Shown here one piece after another: positions 1-9,121 of a stretch of DNA of 28,002 nt. Every line of letters begins with the position of its first letter. Position 1 is the first letter of the stretch. The DNA comes from Archangium sp. (lineage in GTDB: Bacteria; Myxococcota; Myxococcia; Myxococcales; Myxococcaceae): assembly GCA_031367385.1 (NCBI GenBank), contig JANLPS010000236.1, forward strand, positions 1 through 28,002, read 5' to 3'. The translations under genes and the position numbers were made by a program. The notes under the pieces were generated by a model. That model worked only from the letters and a program-made list of their open reading frames with translations, was not told where the DNA came from and made no database searches.

Positions 1-1550
1 GTGTAGCTGAGCAGCAAGGTCGGTTTACCCGGCTTGAGCGGAGCCTGCGCGCTCAGCGTCGGGCTGAAGGCGATGAACAGGTTGCCCACCGCGTCTGAGA
101 CGGCGCCATAGGGGTGCGGGTGGTTGCAGGCTGCCAGCAAGGGGTCTTGCAGCGGCTGCGAGGTCACCATCTTGCCGACTGCGTTGATCACCACCAGAAA
201 ATACGAGCGGCATTGGCTGTTGAGCGTGCCGGAGCTGACGCTGTTCGGGTACGCCTCGAAGATGGCTGCGAGGCGATCGCTTGCCTGCACCACGAGTCTG
301 GCCAAGAAAATCTGGCTGGTCGCCTCGACGAAGTCGGGCCGGGCCCCATGAATGTCGAAAGACCAGAGCGATGCGCCGGTCGCCAGGTCGAGCGCGGTGA
401 CTCGGCCATTGGGCTGCGCGGGGTAATCGGCGCAGACGAGCCGCGAGTTCCACAAGATGCAGCGACGCGAGGGCCCGTTGGGCGCATCGATCGAGCTGGG
501 CGTATTGGCTCGCAGCCGCGCGGGGGTCTGAAAGAAACCCGACAGCGTCATCGCCCCTGCAGGCTCGATCACGAAGTCGTGCAGCTGTTTGGCCTCGACA
601 CCCGAATCGGGCACCTGGGTCGCGAGGGTGTCGTACGACCACGAATCGGTGAGCGCGGTCTGCGGCGTGCTTCGAACACAGACGTCATTCACGCAGCGGC
701 CTTCTCCCTGGCAGGGCGAGGCCTCGGCACACAGGTACCCTTCGGGAGGGTTGCGAACCACGCAGGCTCCGGTCACGCAGACCTGCGCGGCCTTGCACGT
801 CTGCATCGAACCGCAGGTGGTGCCGTCATCGGCCGGCGCCATGCCGCAGCCCAGCAAGGGGTTGCACACGCCAACCAGGCACTCGCCGTCGCCCGGGCAG
901 GGAGGCCTGGGGAGAAACTCGCAGCCCGTCGCCGCGTTGCAGACGTCAACGGTGCACGCGTTGCCGTCATCACACGAGCGTTCTTGCCCGATGCAGCGCC
1001 CTCTCAGACACTGGCTGTTCAGCACGCAGGCGCTCTTCGGGTCACACGATGACCCATCAAGGCGCTCGGCTTCGACGCATTGGCCCAGCTTCACATCGAA
1101 GGTCGAGGTCACGCACGGGCCACTGGGCGTGCAGGTCGGCACGGCCACGCCATTGCCAGTCAGCGTGATCGCAGCGCTCATCTGCTTGACGGTGATGACT
1201 TGCGAGACCCTGCCAGTCACCTTGGGCGTGAAGCGAACGGTCACCACCGTCTCGCTCGACGGCAGTGTCGTCGGGAGCTCAGCCTCGAATGGCCCCGCCA
1301 TGCCCAGCCAGCTCACCTCGAGCGTCACGCGGCCGTCGTTGATCACACTGAACGACTTCTCGTAGGTCTCACCGGTGACGTAGACGTTTCCAAAGTCGAC
1401 CACTTGAGGCGAGAAGCGCAGCGAGTCGGCGATGGGTACCGGCGTCAGGTCTTGGTTTCGACACCCCGAAGCCGTGCCCATCACCACCGCCATGACGAAC
1501 CCAACAGCCACCGATGTGAGTCGGGTCGTCACGGCCGGCGATACTCTCAC
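1..1550 (-). CDS. Cys-rich secreted lipoprotein (Ig-like domain plus Cys-rich repeats); runs off the left edge
   Basis: Manual translation from GTG 1550 (or GTG 1532): MRVSPAVTTRLTSVAVGFVMAVVMGTASG-C-RNQD (lipobox-like), then FSPQVVDFGNVYV (Ig-like start) and repeats such as CDDGNACTVDVCNAATGC and CQGEGRCVNDVC. Absent from the ORF track, consistent with its stop lying outside the window; the + strand ORFs 114..1052 and 589..1365 are its antisense shadows. Confidence 0.8.
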   Translation of the reverse strand, partial: MRVSPAVTTRLTSVAVGFVMAVVMGTASGCRNQDLTPVPIADSLRFSPQVVDFGNVYVTGETYEKSFSVINDGRVTLEVSWLGMAGPFEAELPTTLPSSETVVTVRFTPKVTGRVSQVITVKQMSAAITLTGNGVAVPTCTPSGPCVTSTFDVKLGQCVEAERLDGSSCDPKSACVLNSQCLRGRCIGQERSCDDGNACTVDVCNAATGCEFLPRPPCPGDGECLVGVCNPLLGCGMAPADDGTTCGSMQTCKAAQVCVTGACVVRNPPEGYLCAEASPCQGEGRCVNDVCVRSTPQTALTDSWSYDTLATQVPDSGVEAKQLHDFVIEPAGAMTLSGFFQTPARLRANTPSSIDAPNGPSRRCILWNSRLVCADYPAQPNGRVTALDLATGASLWSFDIHGARPDFVEATSQIFLARLVVQASDRLAAIFEAYPNSVSSGTLNSQCRSYFLVVINAVGKMVTSQPLQDPLLAACNHPHPYGAVSDAVGNLFIAFSPTLSAQAPLKPGKPTLLLSY

Positions 1551-1589
1551 TTCACCTTGAGCGGGCCCAGTCGACGATGACGACTGATG

Positions 1590-1810
1590 TAAGAGAGTAG
1601 ATCTAAGAAGCAGTAGTGGTAGTGGGCGAAAACCTGTGGAGAACACGAATTACCGAACAACTTCAGTTATTTAACAATCCACCGGCTGTGGAAGAAACAC
1701 TGAGTTTTCCGCAAGTACCCACATGTCATGAAAGAGGCGACCGGTTTCACACACCCAAACCGCGAATTCGGGTGGTCGATCCACAACCGGCGCACAGCGT
1801 TGTCGACACC
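1590..1810. other. putative chromosomal replication origin (oriC): DnaA-trios plus DnaA-box cluster
   Basis: Low-GC intergenic gap. AGATCT 1599-1604, trinucleotide run AAG AAG CAG TAG TGG TAG 1605-1622, short GC cluster, then DnaA-box-like 9-mers: TGTGGAGAA 1635-1643 (1 mismatch), CAATCCACC 1675-1683, TGTGGAAGA 1687-1695, TTTTCCGCA 1705-1713, GTACCCACA 1715-1723, TTTCACACA 1745-1753, CGATCCACA 1777-1785. Confidence 0.7.
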
Positions 1811-1842
1811 GCGCTGAAGGCTATTGTCGGGGCCCAAAGCTC

Positions 1843-3576
1843 ATGCCTGCCAGCGTTCGCGGTGAAAAGATTGGCCGGTACGAGCTGCTCGCTCAACTGA
1901 CCGCAGGGGGCATGTCGCAGCTGTTTTTGGGAGCGACCACCGAGCCAAGCGGCGTGCGGCACCTGGTGGTGATCAAGCGCATCGTGCCCGATTCGGCAGG
2001 TGACGAAAATTTCATCTCGATGTTTCTCGACGAGGCCCGAATCACCGCGAGCTTCTTGCACTCGAGCATCGCGCAAGTGCTCGACTTGGGTAAAAACGAC
2101 GGGGGCCTCTACGTCGCGATGGAGCTGATCAGCGGCGCAAACTTGAACGACGTCTTCGATGCCTGCGCGGCCCAGCAAGAGGTCTTGCCGCTGGGGTTTT
2201 CAGCCTCGGTGGTGCACGACTGCGCGCTGGCCCTGCATTACGCCCACACCTTTCGCACGCCTTCTGGAGACGACGGCTCGGTCATTCACCGCGACGTGGC
2301 GCAGAAGAACATCATGGTGACCTACGACGGCGAGGTGAAGCTGCTCGACTTCGGCATCGCCAAGGCCCGCAACGCGCTCTCGCGAACCAAGGCAGGTACG
2401 GTCAAGGGTACCGCCGGGTACATGTCTCCCGAGCAGGTGCGGGGTGAGCCGCTCGATGGGCGCAGCGACGTGTTCTCTCTGGGCATCGTGCTGTGGGAGA
2501 TGATCACCGGCCGGCGCTTGTTCTCAGCCGGCACCGAGGCCGACGAGATGCGGCTGATTCTCAAAGGGCCGATCATGGTGCCCCACGAATTCGCGGAGTG
2601 GATACCGCGCTCGCTCTCTGAAGTGGCGATGAAGGCGCTCGCACGAGATCGCACCGAACGGTACGCGTCAGCCCGCGAGCTCGCCCGGGCGCTCGAGATT
2701 CAGTGCAGCGACGTGCTCTACGACACCGAGCAGCGCGACAGCTTCATGCACAAGCTCTTCGCCGAGCGGGTCGCCGCGATGCAGACGCTGTTCGAGGCCG
2801 CGAAGACGCCTGATCAGCCGCACCTGCTCGATGCCGCGTTGCTTGGGCTCGAGCTTCACTCGATGGCGATTTCACCGTCGGCTCCCCGGCCGGAGCGCGC
2901 AGCGCCCACCACGCCCTCTGCCAAAGCGTCGGGCCCCCGGCGAAAGAAGAGAGACGACGACACCTCGCGCGTCGACGAGCTGATGTTGCTCAAGGCCATT
3001 GAGGCTGACCGGTTGGCGCAGACCCGAAAGCCGCTCCGCAGTCACACCATGCCGTTCGTGCTCGCGGTGGTGGCCCTGCTGTGTGTGGGGCTCGCGGCGA
3101 AGATCTTCGTCGTTGACCGAAGAGCGACCCGCAGCGGGCTGCAGCGCTACCCTGGAGACCCGGTCGAAGAAGAAAGCGCTCCCGAGCCGCTGGTGGAGCC
3201 CGACCGGGCGGTGCCAGGCGTGGTCTTGCCGATGAGCGCGGTGACCCCGAAGGCGGAGCCCGTCGGCAACCAGGTGGTGGTGCTGCCGGCCCCGATGCTG
3301 CGCGTCGAGAAACCGGTCGAGCGTCAGCGGGGCGGGCAAGGTGACGTGACGCTGGCCATCTTCCCCGAGGCGAGCGTGTTTCGGGGCAGTGAGCGGCTCG
3401 GCAGTGGCAACTTGATCAGCTTCGCGTTGCCTGCGGGTACCCATCAGCTCACCGTGGTGGGAGCCGATGGGGTTCAACACTCGCTGCCGTTGCTCGTCGC
3501 GGCCGGTAAGAACAAGCCGCAACGATACCGGCTCGAAGACCTGCCAGCCAAAGCGCCGGCGGCTTCGACGCGCTGA
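1843..3576 (+). CDS. Hanks-type Ser/Thr protein kinase with transmembrane helix and C-terminal extracytoplasmic (PEGA-like) domain
   Basis: GGMSQLF, VVIKRI, IHRDVAQKN, LLDFGIAK, GTAGYMSPEQ, SDVFSLG motifs; TM segment PFVLAVVALLCVGLAAKIFVV. Confidence 0.95.
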   Translation: MPASVRGEKIGRYELLAQLTAGGMSQLFLGATTEPSGVRHLVVIKRIVPDSAGDENFISMFLDEARITASFLHSSIAQVLDLGKNDGGLYVAMELISGANLNDVFDACAAQQEVLPLGFSASVVHDCALALHYAHTFRTPSGDDGSVIHRDVAQKNIMVTYDGEVKLLDFGIAKARNALSRTKAGTVKGTAGYMSPEQVRGEPLDGRSDVFSLGIVLWEMITGRRLFSAGTEADEMRLILKGPIMVPHEFAEWIPRSLSEVAMKALARDRTERYASARELARALEIQCSDVLYDTEQRDSFMHKLFAERVAAMQTLFEAAKTPDQPHLLDAALLGLELHSMAISPSAPRPERAAPTTPSAKASGPRRKKRDDDTSRVDELMLLKAIEADRLAQTRKPLRSHTMPFVLAVVALLCVGLAAKIFVVDRRATRSGLQRYPGDPVEEESAPEPLVEPDRAVPGVVLPMSAVTPKAEPVGNQVVVLPAPMLRVEKPVERQRGGQGDVTLAIFPEASVFRGSERLGSGNLISFALPAGTHQLTVVGADGVQHSLPLLVAAGKNKPQRYRLEDLPAKAPAASTR

Positions 3577-4089
3577 CTACTTCTTGAGCGCTTCTTCGAC
3601 GTACTTCACGCCGTTCGAGCTGATCGCGGTGCCAGCCTTCGAGCGGGTGGCGTAGCCCTTGTGCTCACGGAGCGCCTTGGCGGCGTTCGGCGCGGCGAAC
3701 TTGATGCCGTGCTTGGCCCAGAACTTCGAGGTCACGCCCGAGCTGATCTCGCCCTTGGCATTGCGGCCCAGGTAGAGGGGGATCAACGCGCGCAGAAGCT
3801 GATCTTTCTTCTTGCCGAGCTTCACCACGGTGGCCTTCTTCGGGTGGGCCTCGAGCGCATCGGTCAATGCACCGAGCACGTCATCGCCCATCTTGGTGGC
3901 GGCTTTCTTCACCGACTTCACGGCCTTTTCAGCGCGCTTGACCGGCGTCGACGCCGCCGCGGTCTTCTTGCCGGGCTTGGGCTCGATGCCGAGCGCCTGC
4001 TTGAAGTCGTGAAACTTTTTCTCGATGAAATCTTCGAGACCGTGAACTTCGAAAAACCCCTTGTGCACTTTGCTGGCTTTGAACGCCAT
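3577..4089 (-). CDS. basic Lys/Ala-rich hypothetical protein, possible winged-helix-like C-terminus (170 aa)
   Basis: ATG at 4089 (MAFKASKVHKG) with GGGAG upstream; strong GC3 codon bias; KKTAAASTPVKRAEKAVKSVKKAATK linker. Confidence 0.8.
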   Translation of the reverse strand: MAFKASKVHKGFFEVHGLEDFIEKKFHDFKQALGIEPKPGKKTAAASTPVKRAEKAVKSVKKAATKMGDDVLGALTDALEAHPKKATVVKLGKKKDQLLRALIPLYLGRNAKGEISSGVTSKFWAKHGIKFAAPNAAKALREHKGYATRSKAGTAISSNGVKYVEEALKK

Positions 4090-4196
4090 GTGTCGTGTCT
4101 CCCTGCCTGCGAAAAAGAGACCCTTTCCTATCTGCAAAACGGCGTTTGAGGCCGAAAAATCGGCTCGGCATGCACTTGTGCGCGTACGGTGCGCCG

Positions 4197-5546
4197 GTGT
4201 TCACCTTGATCCTGATCGCGTTGACCGCTGCTCCCCGTGCGTTGCCCGAGGCTGAAGTCGTCACTTTCGTGCCCCGTCTTGATCGCACGGCCGACTCCGT
4301 GCCCTTTTTCAAAGCGGCTGGAACCCGGGTTTCGATGCTGCGGCCCGAGTCGTGGCGAGATCTGACCCACCCGCTCGTGCAGTTCGACCCGACCAGCGCG
4401 GAGTCGATCAAAGCCTCCGGAATCGATCAGACCGGCAGTTTGACCCTCTCGCAGCGCGGTGAGCTCGACGTGTCATGCGTCACGCTGAGCGACGTGAAGG
4501 CCTATGAAACGGCCTGCGAGCCCAGGCTCAAAAGCCACGGAGACCTGACCCGCATTACCATCGCCGGCGCCACCGTGGTCTCGACCAAAGATCAGCTCGG
4601 CCGGGTGCTCCTGGCCTACGCGCTCAAGGGCAAGATCAGCTGCGCGGCGACCAATCATGGGCTGAGCCTCGAGAAGGTGTTGCCTGAGTTGGCGAAGCTG
4701 GTCTCGGCGAGCAAGACGCCGACCGAGCCGGGGTTCAAAGCCGCCGCCGAGCTGCCCGGCGTGATGAGCGTGATTCGCCCCAGCGGTGCACAATCGGGCG
4801 CGGTGAGCCTGACCACCAACGGGCTGTCGGCAACGCTCGACGCGCAGACCACCGGAGCCGCGAGCTCGCTGACGGCCAAGCCCGGCCTGTCCGTGTTCGC
4901 ACAGTCGAAGCCGGCCGGCCTCGCGGTGCTGCGGCTGCGCTTGACCACGGCGCACCTGGGCGAAGCGATGAGCTCCTTCTTGCGGCGCGTACCCGGGGGC
5001 ACGGCGATGCAGCAGCAAGCAGAGGCCCTCGGCCCCTTGATGACCGGCAACGTGTTGGTGTTCATCGATCGCGCCGAAGTGACTGGCAGCCTGGGCACCG
5101 ATCAAGCCCGGTTTCGCGCGCTGAAGATGGCGATTCTGATCGAGACGACCGATGGAGAAGCGGCGAAGACCGCGCTGAGCACCGCCCCCGTAAACGCCCG
5201 CAAAGACGCGCCGCGCTTCGGAGTGACCGGCGCTTTGGCCACCTTCAGCAACGACGAAACGGCCTTGAGCACCGCGCTCGCATCGGTTGCCGCGGCGCCC
5301 TCGAAGCAAGGCCACGCGCTCGAAGCGATCATCAACCCCACGATGGTGGCCCGGGGCCTGGCGCAAGTGCCCTTGCTCGACGCCATTCAAAACCCGGCGT
5401 TGGCGGGGCTGTTGGCCGCGGGTACTGAGCTGGGGCCGCTGCTCCTCGCCTCGGAGACCCTCACCGGGTGGGCCGACCCTACGAATGTCGCGGGGATACA
5501 TCGCGCCCAGCTGACGTGGCCGCTGCGGGCCGACCGGTTTCATTGA
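4197..5546 (+). CDS. exported hypothetical protein
   Basis: Long ORF (4095..5546 in track); likely start GTG 4197 giving the signal-like N-terminus MFTLILIALTAAP. Confidence 0.75.
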   Translation: MFTLILIALTAAPRALPEAEVVTFVPRLDRTADSVPFFKAAGTRVSMLRPESWRDLTHPLVQFDPTSAESIKASGIDQTGSLTLSQRGELDVSCVTLSDVKAYETACEPRLKSHGDLTRITIAGATVVSTKDQLGRVLLAYALKGKISCAATNHGLSLEKVLPELAKLVSASKTPTEPGFKAAAELPGVMSVIRPSGAQSGAVSLTTNGLSATLDAQTTGAASSLTAKPGLSVFAQSKPAGLAVLRLRLTTAHLGEAMSSFLRRVPGGTAMQQQAEALGPLMTGNVLVFIDRAEVTGSLGTDQARFRALKMAILIETTDGEAAKTALSTAPVNARKDAPRFGVTGALATFSNDETALSTALASVAAAPSKQGHALEAIINPTMVARGLAQVPLLDAIQNPALAGLLAAGTELGPLLLASETLTGWADPTNVAGIHRAQLTWPLRADRFH

Positions 5547-5576
5547 CCTGCGAACCTGCTGTATGACCTGCAGCGC

Positions 5577-6623
5577 GTGACTGGTGAAACCGAGCTTCCT
5601 TCAGAGACACAGACGCTGATCGACTGGTCGTGGCGCGATTCGTTGCGCTCGGCGGCTCGAGAAGTGACGACCTTTCTCCCCGCGTGGATGTACCTGGTCT
5701 ACGGCTGCCTGCTGCTCAACGCCGAGCTCACCAACGTCGACCCGCCACGGTACGACCTGGTGCCGACCGTCGTCTTCCCCCTCGCGGTGTTCATCTTGTT
5801 CTCGGCCGCGCGCGCGTTCGGCGCCAACGACCTCGAGAACGCAGATCGCCTGCGCGTCTTTCTCACCAGCATCGCCCCCGCCCTGTTGCTGCCCGCGCTC
5901 AACCTGGCGCACCACAGCCCCTCGCCGCTGACCCGCGATGGCCTGCTGTTGGTCTACGAGTACTCGAACTTCGTCTGGGCCGCGCTGCTGATCTGGCACG
6001 CCTGGCGGCACGACAAGAGCCACCTGGTGCTCTTCTTCGGCATCGGCCTGCTCTACGGCATGTTCCTCGAGAACGGCGGCATCGTGCTGGGCTTCTTTCA
6101 CGAGACCAACCTCACGCGCACGCAGGTGCGGCCCTTCGTGGCGCCGGTCGCGACGATGGTGGGGTGGTCGGTCGTGCTCTACATGGCGACCTTCGTGGTG
6201 TGGAAGCTGCGAACCTGGCTCCCGGTGCTCAAGCGCTCGACGCTCGCCTCGGCGCTGTTGGTAGGCGTGCTGGCCACCATGCTCGACCTGCAAATCGACC
6301 CCATCGCGACGGCGACCGGGTGCTGGGTGTGGCACGAGTCGTTGCCAGGGTGGTTCTACGGCGTGCCTCTGGTGAACTTCGTCGCCTGGCTCTGCGCGCT
6401 CACCCCCTTCGCGTACGTGATGCTTCGCGTTCAAGAGCGTGCCGGGTTGGCCGATGGAGCGCGGTGGCCCAAGCCCGTGCTGCGCACCCTGCTCACGTGG
6501 GTGCCGGGCGCGCTGGTGCTGGCGCTGGTGGTGTTCTTGTCGGCGACCGTGCTGCTCGAAGGCGCGGGCGGCCCGAGTTGGAGCCTGATCAGCGGCTTCA
6601 TCGTCAAGACGTGCGGGCTGTGA
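5577..6623 (+). CDS. polytopic membrane protein with a CruF/DUF422 (carotenoid biosynthesis protein)-like domain
   Basis: Many TM helices; motifs FLENGGI, DLQIDPIA..GCWVW, FYGVPLVNFVAW typical of the DUF422/CruF family. Confidence 0.7.
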   Translation: MTGETELPSETQTLIDWSWRDSLRSAAREVTTFLPAWMYLVYGCLLLNAELTNVDPPRYDLVPTVVFPLAVFILFSAARAFGANDLENADRLRVFLTSIAPALLLPALNLAHHSPSPLTRDGLLLVYEYSNFVWAALLIWHAWRHDKSHLVLFFGIGLLYGMFLENGGIVLGFFHETNLTRTQVRPFVAPVATMVGWSVVLYMATFVVWKLRTWLPVLKRSTLASALLVGVLATMLDLQIDPIATATGCWVWHESLPGWFYGVPLVNFVAWLCALTPFAYVMLRVQERAGLADGARWPKPVLRTLLTWVPGALVLALVVFLSATVLLEGAGGPSWSLISGFIVKTCGL

Positions 6624-7432
6624 CGTTCGCGGTCTTCGCGCTGGCTGCCCTCGCGGCCGCTCCACAGTGGTTGGGCCCCAAGCCGCCGGCTGAGGTGAAG
6701 CGGGTGGTGACGGTCGCTCCGTCGCTCACCGAGACCGTCGTCGCGCTGGGCGCCACCGAGAGCCTGGTCGGCGTGAGCCGCTTCGACGAACAGGCTGAGG
6801 TCGCGGCTTTGCCCCGGGTGGGAGGCTTCAATGACCCCGGCGTCGAGACCATCGTCGCGCTCAAGCCCGACCTGGTGGTGGTGCAGATGAGCCCCGGCAA
6901 TCAAAAGCCCATCGAGCAGCTGGCTGCCCTGGGCGTGCCGATTCTGGCGCTGCCGCTGACCTCGGTCGACGACGTGTTGATGGCGATGACCGAGCTGGGC
7001 CGGGTGCTGCACCGTGAAGATGCGGCGACCGCGCTGGTCGCGAAGTTCGAAGCCGTGCGGGCCCGCGTTCGGGCAGCGGCGAAGGCGCGGCAGAAGAGCC
7101 CGAGTGTGTTGCTGGTGTACGGCTTCTCGCCGCTGGTCGTCGCCGGCCCCGGCAGCTTCGCGCATGAACTACTGGTCGATTGCGGTGCGCGCAACGCCGC
7201 CGAAAAAGCGCCTACCGCGTACCCCACGTACCCCCTCGAGCGGGCGGTGAAGCTCACCCCCGACATCATCATCGACGCCGCTGACACCGCGACCGGCCGC
7301 GACGAGGTGAAGAAGCTGGGGCCGCTCCAAAGAGCACGCTGGGTGACGTTGACCTCGAAGGCGCTGCTGCACCCTGGGCCTGCGCTGGTGAGCGGCCTCG
7401 ATGGGTTGTGCACCCTGCTTTTCCCCCACTGA
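6620..7432 (+). CDS. BtuF-like helical-backbone periplasmic binding protein (cobalamin/siderophore/heme ABC substrate-binding)
   Basis: GTG at 6620 overlaps the upstream TGA; signal-like N-terminus; RVVTVAPSLTETVVALGA..LVGVS, PRVGGFNDPGVETIVALKPDLV, LLHPGP motifs. Confidence 0.85.
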   Translation: MTFAVFALAALAAAPQWLGPKPPAEVKRVVTVAPSLTETVVALGATESLVGVSRFDEQAEVAALPRVGGFNDPGVETIVALKPDLVVVQMSPGNQKPIEQLAALGVPILALPLTSVDDVLMAMTELGRVLHREDAATALVAKFEAVRARVRAAAKARQKSPSVLLVYGFSPLVVAGPGSFAHELLVDCGARNAAEKAPTAYPTYPLERAVKLTPDIIIDAADTATGRDEVKKLGPLQRARWVTLTSKALLHPGPALVSGLDGLCTLLFPH

Positions 7433-7433
7433 C

Positions 7434-7449
7434 GCACAGGGGCCTGTGC
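7434..7449 (+). terminator. GC-rich hairpin just after the BtuF-like gene (possible terminator)
   Basis: GCACAGG-GG-CCTGTGC inverted repeat directly after the stop; no clear U-tract. Confidence 0.3.
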
Positions 7450-7549
7450 CCTCACTTGATGATGACCGAACCCCACAGCCTGGTGCAGCCCTAGTCCAGT
7501 GGCATGAAAATGGCTGAGCAGATCCAGGCAGATCAGGCTCAGTCGCGCG

Positions 7550-7565
7550 CGGCACGGGCCGTGCT
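7550..7565 (+). promoter_or_regulatory. putative sigma54 (-24/-12) promoter
   Basis: CGGCACGGGCCGTGCT with GG-N10-GC spacing, ending about 12 nt before ATG 7578 (would give a leaderless or near-leaderless mRNA). Confidence 0.5.
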
Positions 7566-7577
7566 CAGTGTTTCGGC

Positions 7578-7994
7578 ATGCGTACCGCTCTTCTCGTGAC
7601 CGCCCTGTTTTCGCTGCCCGCCCTGGCGACCGGTGAGCGCGTCCTGCTCACTCCAGTGAACAGTCCCCTCTCCGAGACGCTCTGCGTGTCGATGAACTGC
7701 GTCACCGACGGCGCACACGACGTGACCATCGCCGCGAAAGAGGTGAAAGGTGCGATGCAGTTCACCGTGATGTCGGCGTCGGGCCAGGTGAAGTTGACGA
7801 CCAGCGCTTCACTCACCGAGGCGGGCACGGTGTCTTCGACTGACCTGGTGCGAGCGACCTCGCTCATCGTGAAGGCGATTGAGGGGCCCGTGACTCCAGT
7901 GGCCGATGCCTCGAGCGCCAAGCCCGCCTCGAAGCCAGCCAAGTCTGCGAAAGCCGTTAAACGGCCCAGCGGTAAGCTGCTGGCGAAGCGCTAA
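7578..7994 (+). CDS. small secreted hypothetical protein with Lys-rich tail
   Basis: Signal peptide MRTALLVTALFSLPALA; CVSMNC motif; basic C-terminus. Confidence 0.8.
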   Translation: MRTALLVTALFSLPALATGERVLLTPVNSPLSETLCVSMNCVTDGAHDVTIAAKEVKGAMQFTVMSASGQVKLTTSASLTEAGTVSSTDLVRATSLIVKAIEGPVTPVADASSAKPASKPAKSAKAVKRPSGKLLAKR

Positions 7995-8088
7995 ACCATT
8001 GAATTGTGGTGGGGGTTTCTCACAATCTTAGAAATTCGAGGGGGCCCCCCTTCCGCTTGGGGTACACAATTCGTGTATACGCGGCGGC

Positions 8089-8598
8089 ATGGTTGAGGAC
8101 ATCCGGCTCGATTCGAAGCTTTCCGACCTTGCGCGCGACTTGAAATCACGGCCGATGCTGCCCGGGTTTCAGGCCACCGACGCCTTCACGATGCGTGGCC
8201 TCGACGAGTCAGGCAAGCCCGGCATGTTCGCGGCGGTGCTGCTCGCGCCTGCGCCGGTACCCGAGCTCGAGACGCTGACCACGATTCGCCAATTGTTGAC
8301 CCAGAAGCTCAAGCAGCTCGACACCACCATCCCCGCGTGGCCGATCGTGGTGCAGGGCGCTCCGGAGATGATCAACGCCGAGACGGTGGTACCCGGTGGG
8401 CGCGAGCACTTCGAAGACTTGAAGCGCGCGCTCGAAGTGCGACGCATGCGCGCCCGCCCGAGCTACACCGAGCTGCCGGCCGCGTCGGTGCCTGCGGTGG
8501 TGATGTCGCCGGTGAAAAAGAGCCCGGCGCGCAAGGCAGTGCCGGTGAAGAAGGCGGCACTGCGTCGCCCTGCAGCGCGCCGCTCGGTCGGGCGCTGA
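8089..8598 (+). CDS. hypothetical protein with basic C-terminal tail
   Basis: 169-aa ORF with host-like codon usage; tail KKSPARKAVPVKKAALRRPAARR. Confidence 0.7.
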   Translation: MVEDIRLDSKLSDLARDLKSRPMLPGFQATDAFTMRGLDESGKPGMFAAVLLAPAPVPELETLTTIRQLLTQKLKQLDTTIPAWPIVVQGAPEMINAETVVPGGREHFEDLKRALEVRRMRARPSYTELPAASVPAVVMSPVKKSPARKAVPVKKAALRRPAARRSVGR

Positions 8599-8608
8599 AG
8601 CGCTTCGT

Positions 8609-9121
8609 TTAGGAGTCGACCAGCTCACCGCCGAGCGACTCGATAATCTCATCGGTGAAGGCGACGATCAGCGGCCAGGCCGCGCGGTTGTCGGCTTCGG
8701 TCGAGTCGACGATGACGGCGAAGTCTCGCGTGAAGTCGACGTCGAATGAGCAGGTGTAGCGGTTCGGTGGCTCGGCGCGAAACAGCTCGGCCTTCTCGGC
8801 TTTGAGCCGCTTCGAGACGAGCCCGGTATCGGTGGTCGAGACGATGACTGCGCCCATTTCTTCGGCGGTGTCCCAGTCGACGGCTCCCTCGAGCGGGTCG
8901 AGCTCTTGAGCGACCTCTTCGGGGTCATCGTAAATGTCTGAGTACTCGGTCGCCAGGTACGCCGCCTCCTCGACAGGAAATTGAACCCAGAGGTTGATGC
9001 GGCCGTCGGTTTGGGCGAGGCACCAAAAGCGGAGGTCGTGCCGGTCGGCGGCCAGCTTGACCGCGAGAAAGAGCTCTTCGGCGCTGCGCTTGGGCATGTT
9101 CCAGGCTTGTTCAAACGACAT
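8609..9121 (-). CDS. acidic hypothetical protein (170 aa)
   Basis: ATG at 9121 (MSFEQAWNM) overlapping the 3' end of bioD; Asp/Glu-rich. Confidence 0.7.
   Translation of the reverse strand: MSFEQAWNMPKRSAEELFLAVKLAADRHDLRFWCLAQTDGRINLWVQFPVEEAAYLATEYSDIYDDPEEVAQELDPLEGAVDWDTAEEMGAVIVSTTDTGLVSKRLKAEKAELFRAEPPNRYTCSFDVDFTRDFAVIVDSTEADNRAAWPLIVAFTDEIIESLGGELVDS

Noticed and set aside
114..1580. Long + strand ORFs (312, 258 and 166 aa)
   Set aside because: Antisense shadows of the minus-strand Cys-rich lipoprotein in high-GC DNA.
1616..1900. 94-aa ORF in the low-GC gap
   Set aside because: Atypical codon usage, overlaps the kinase start, and spans the DnaA-box cluster.
5630..6619. 600-aa extended BtuF-like ORF
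   Set aside because: The N-terminal 330 aa are an Arg-rich alternative frame of the CruF-like gene; the real start is GTG 6620.
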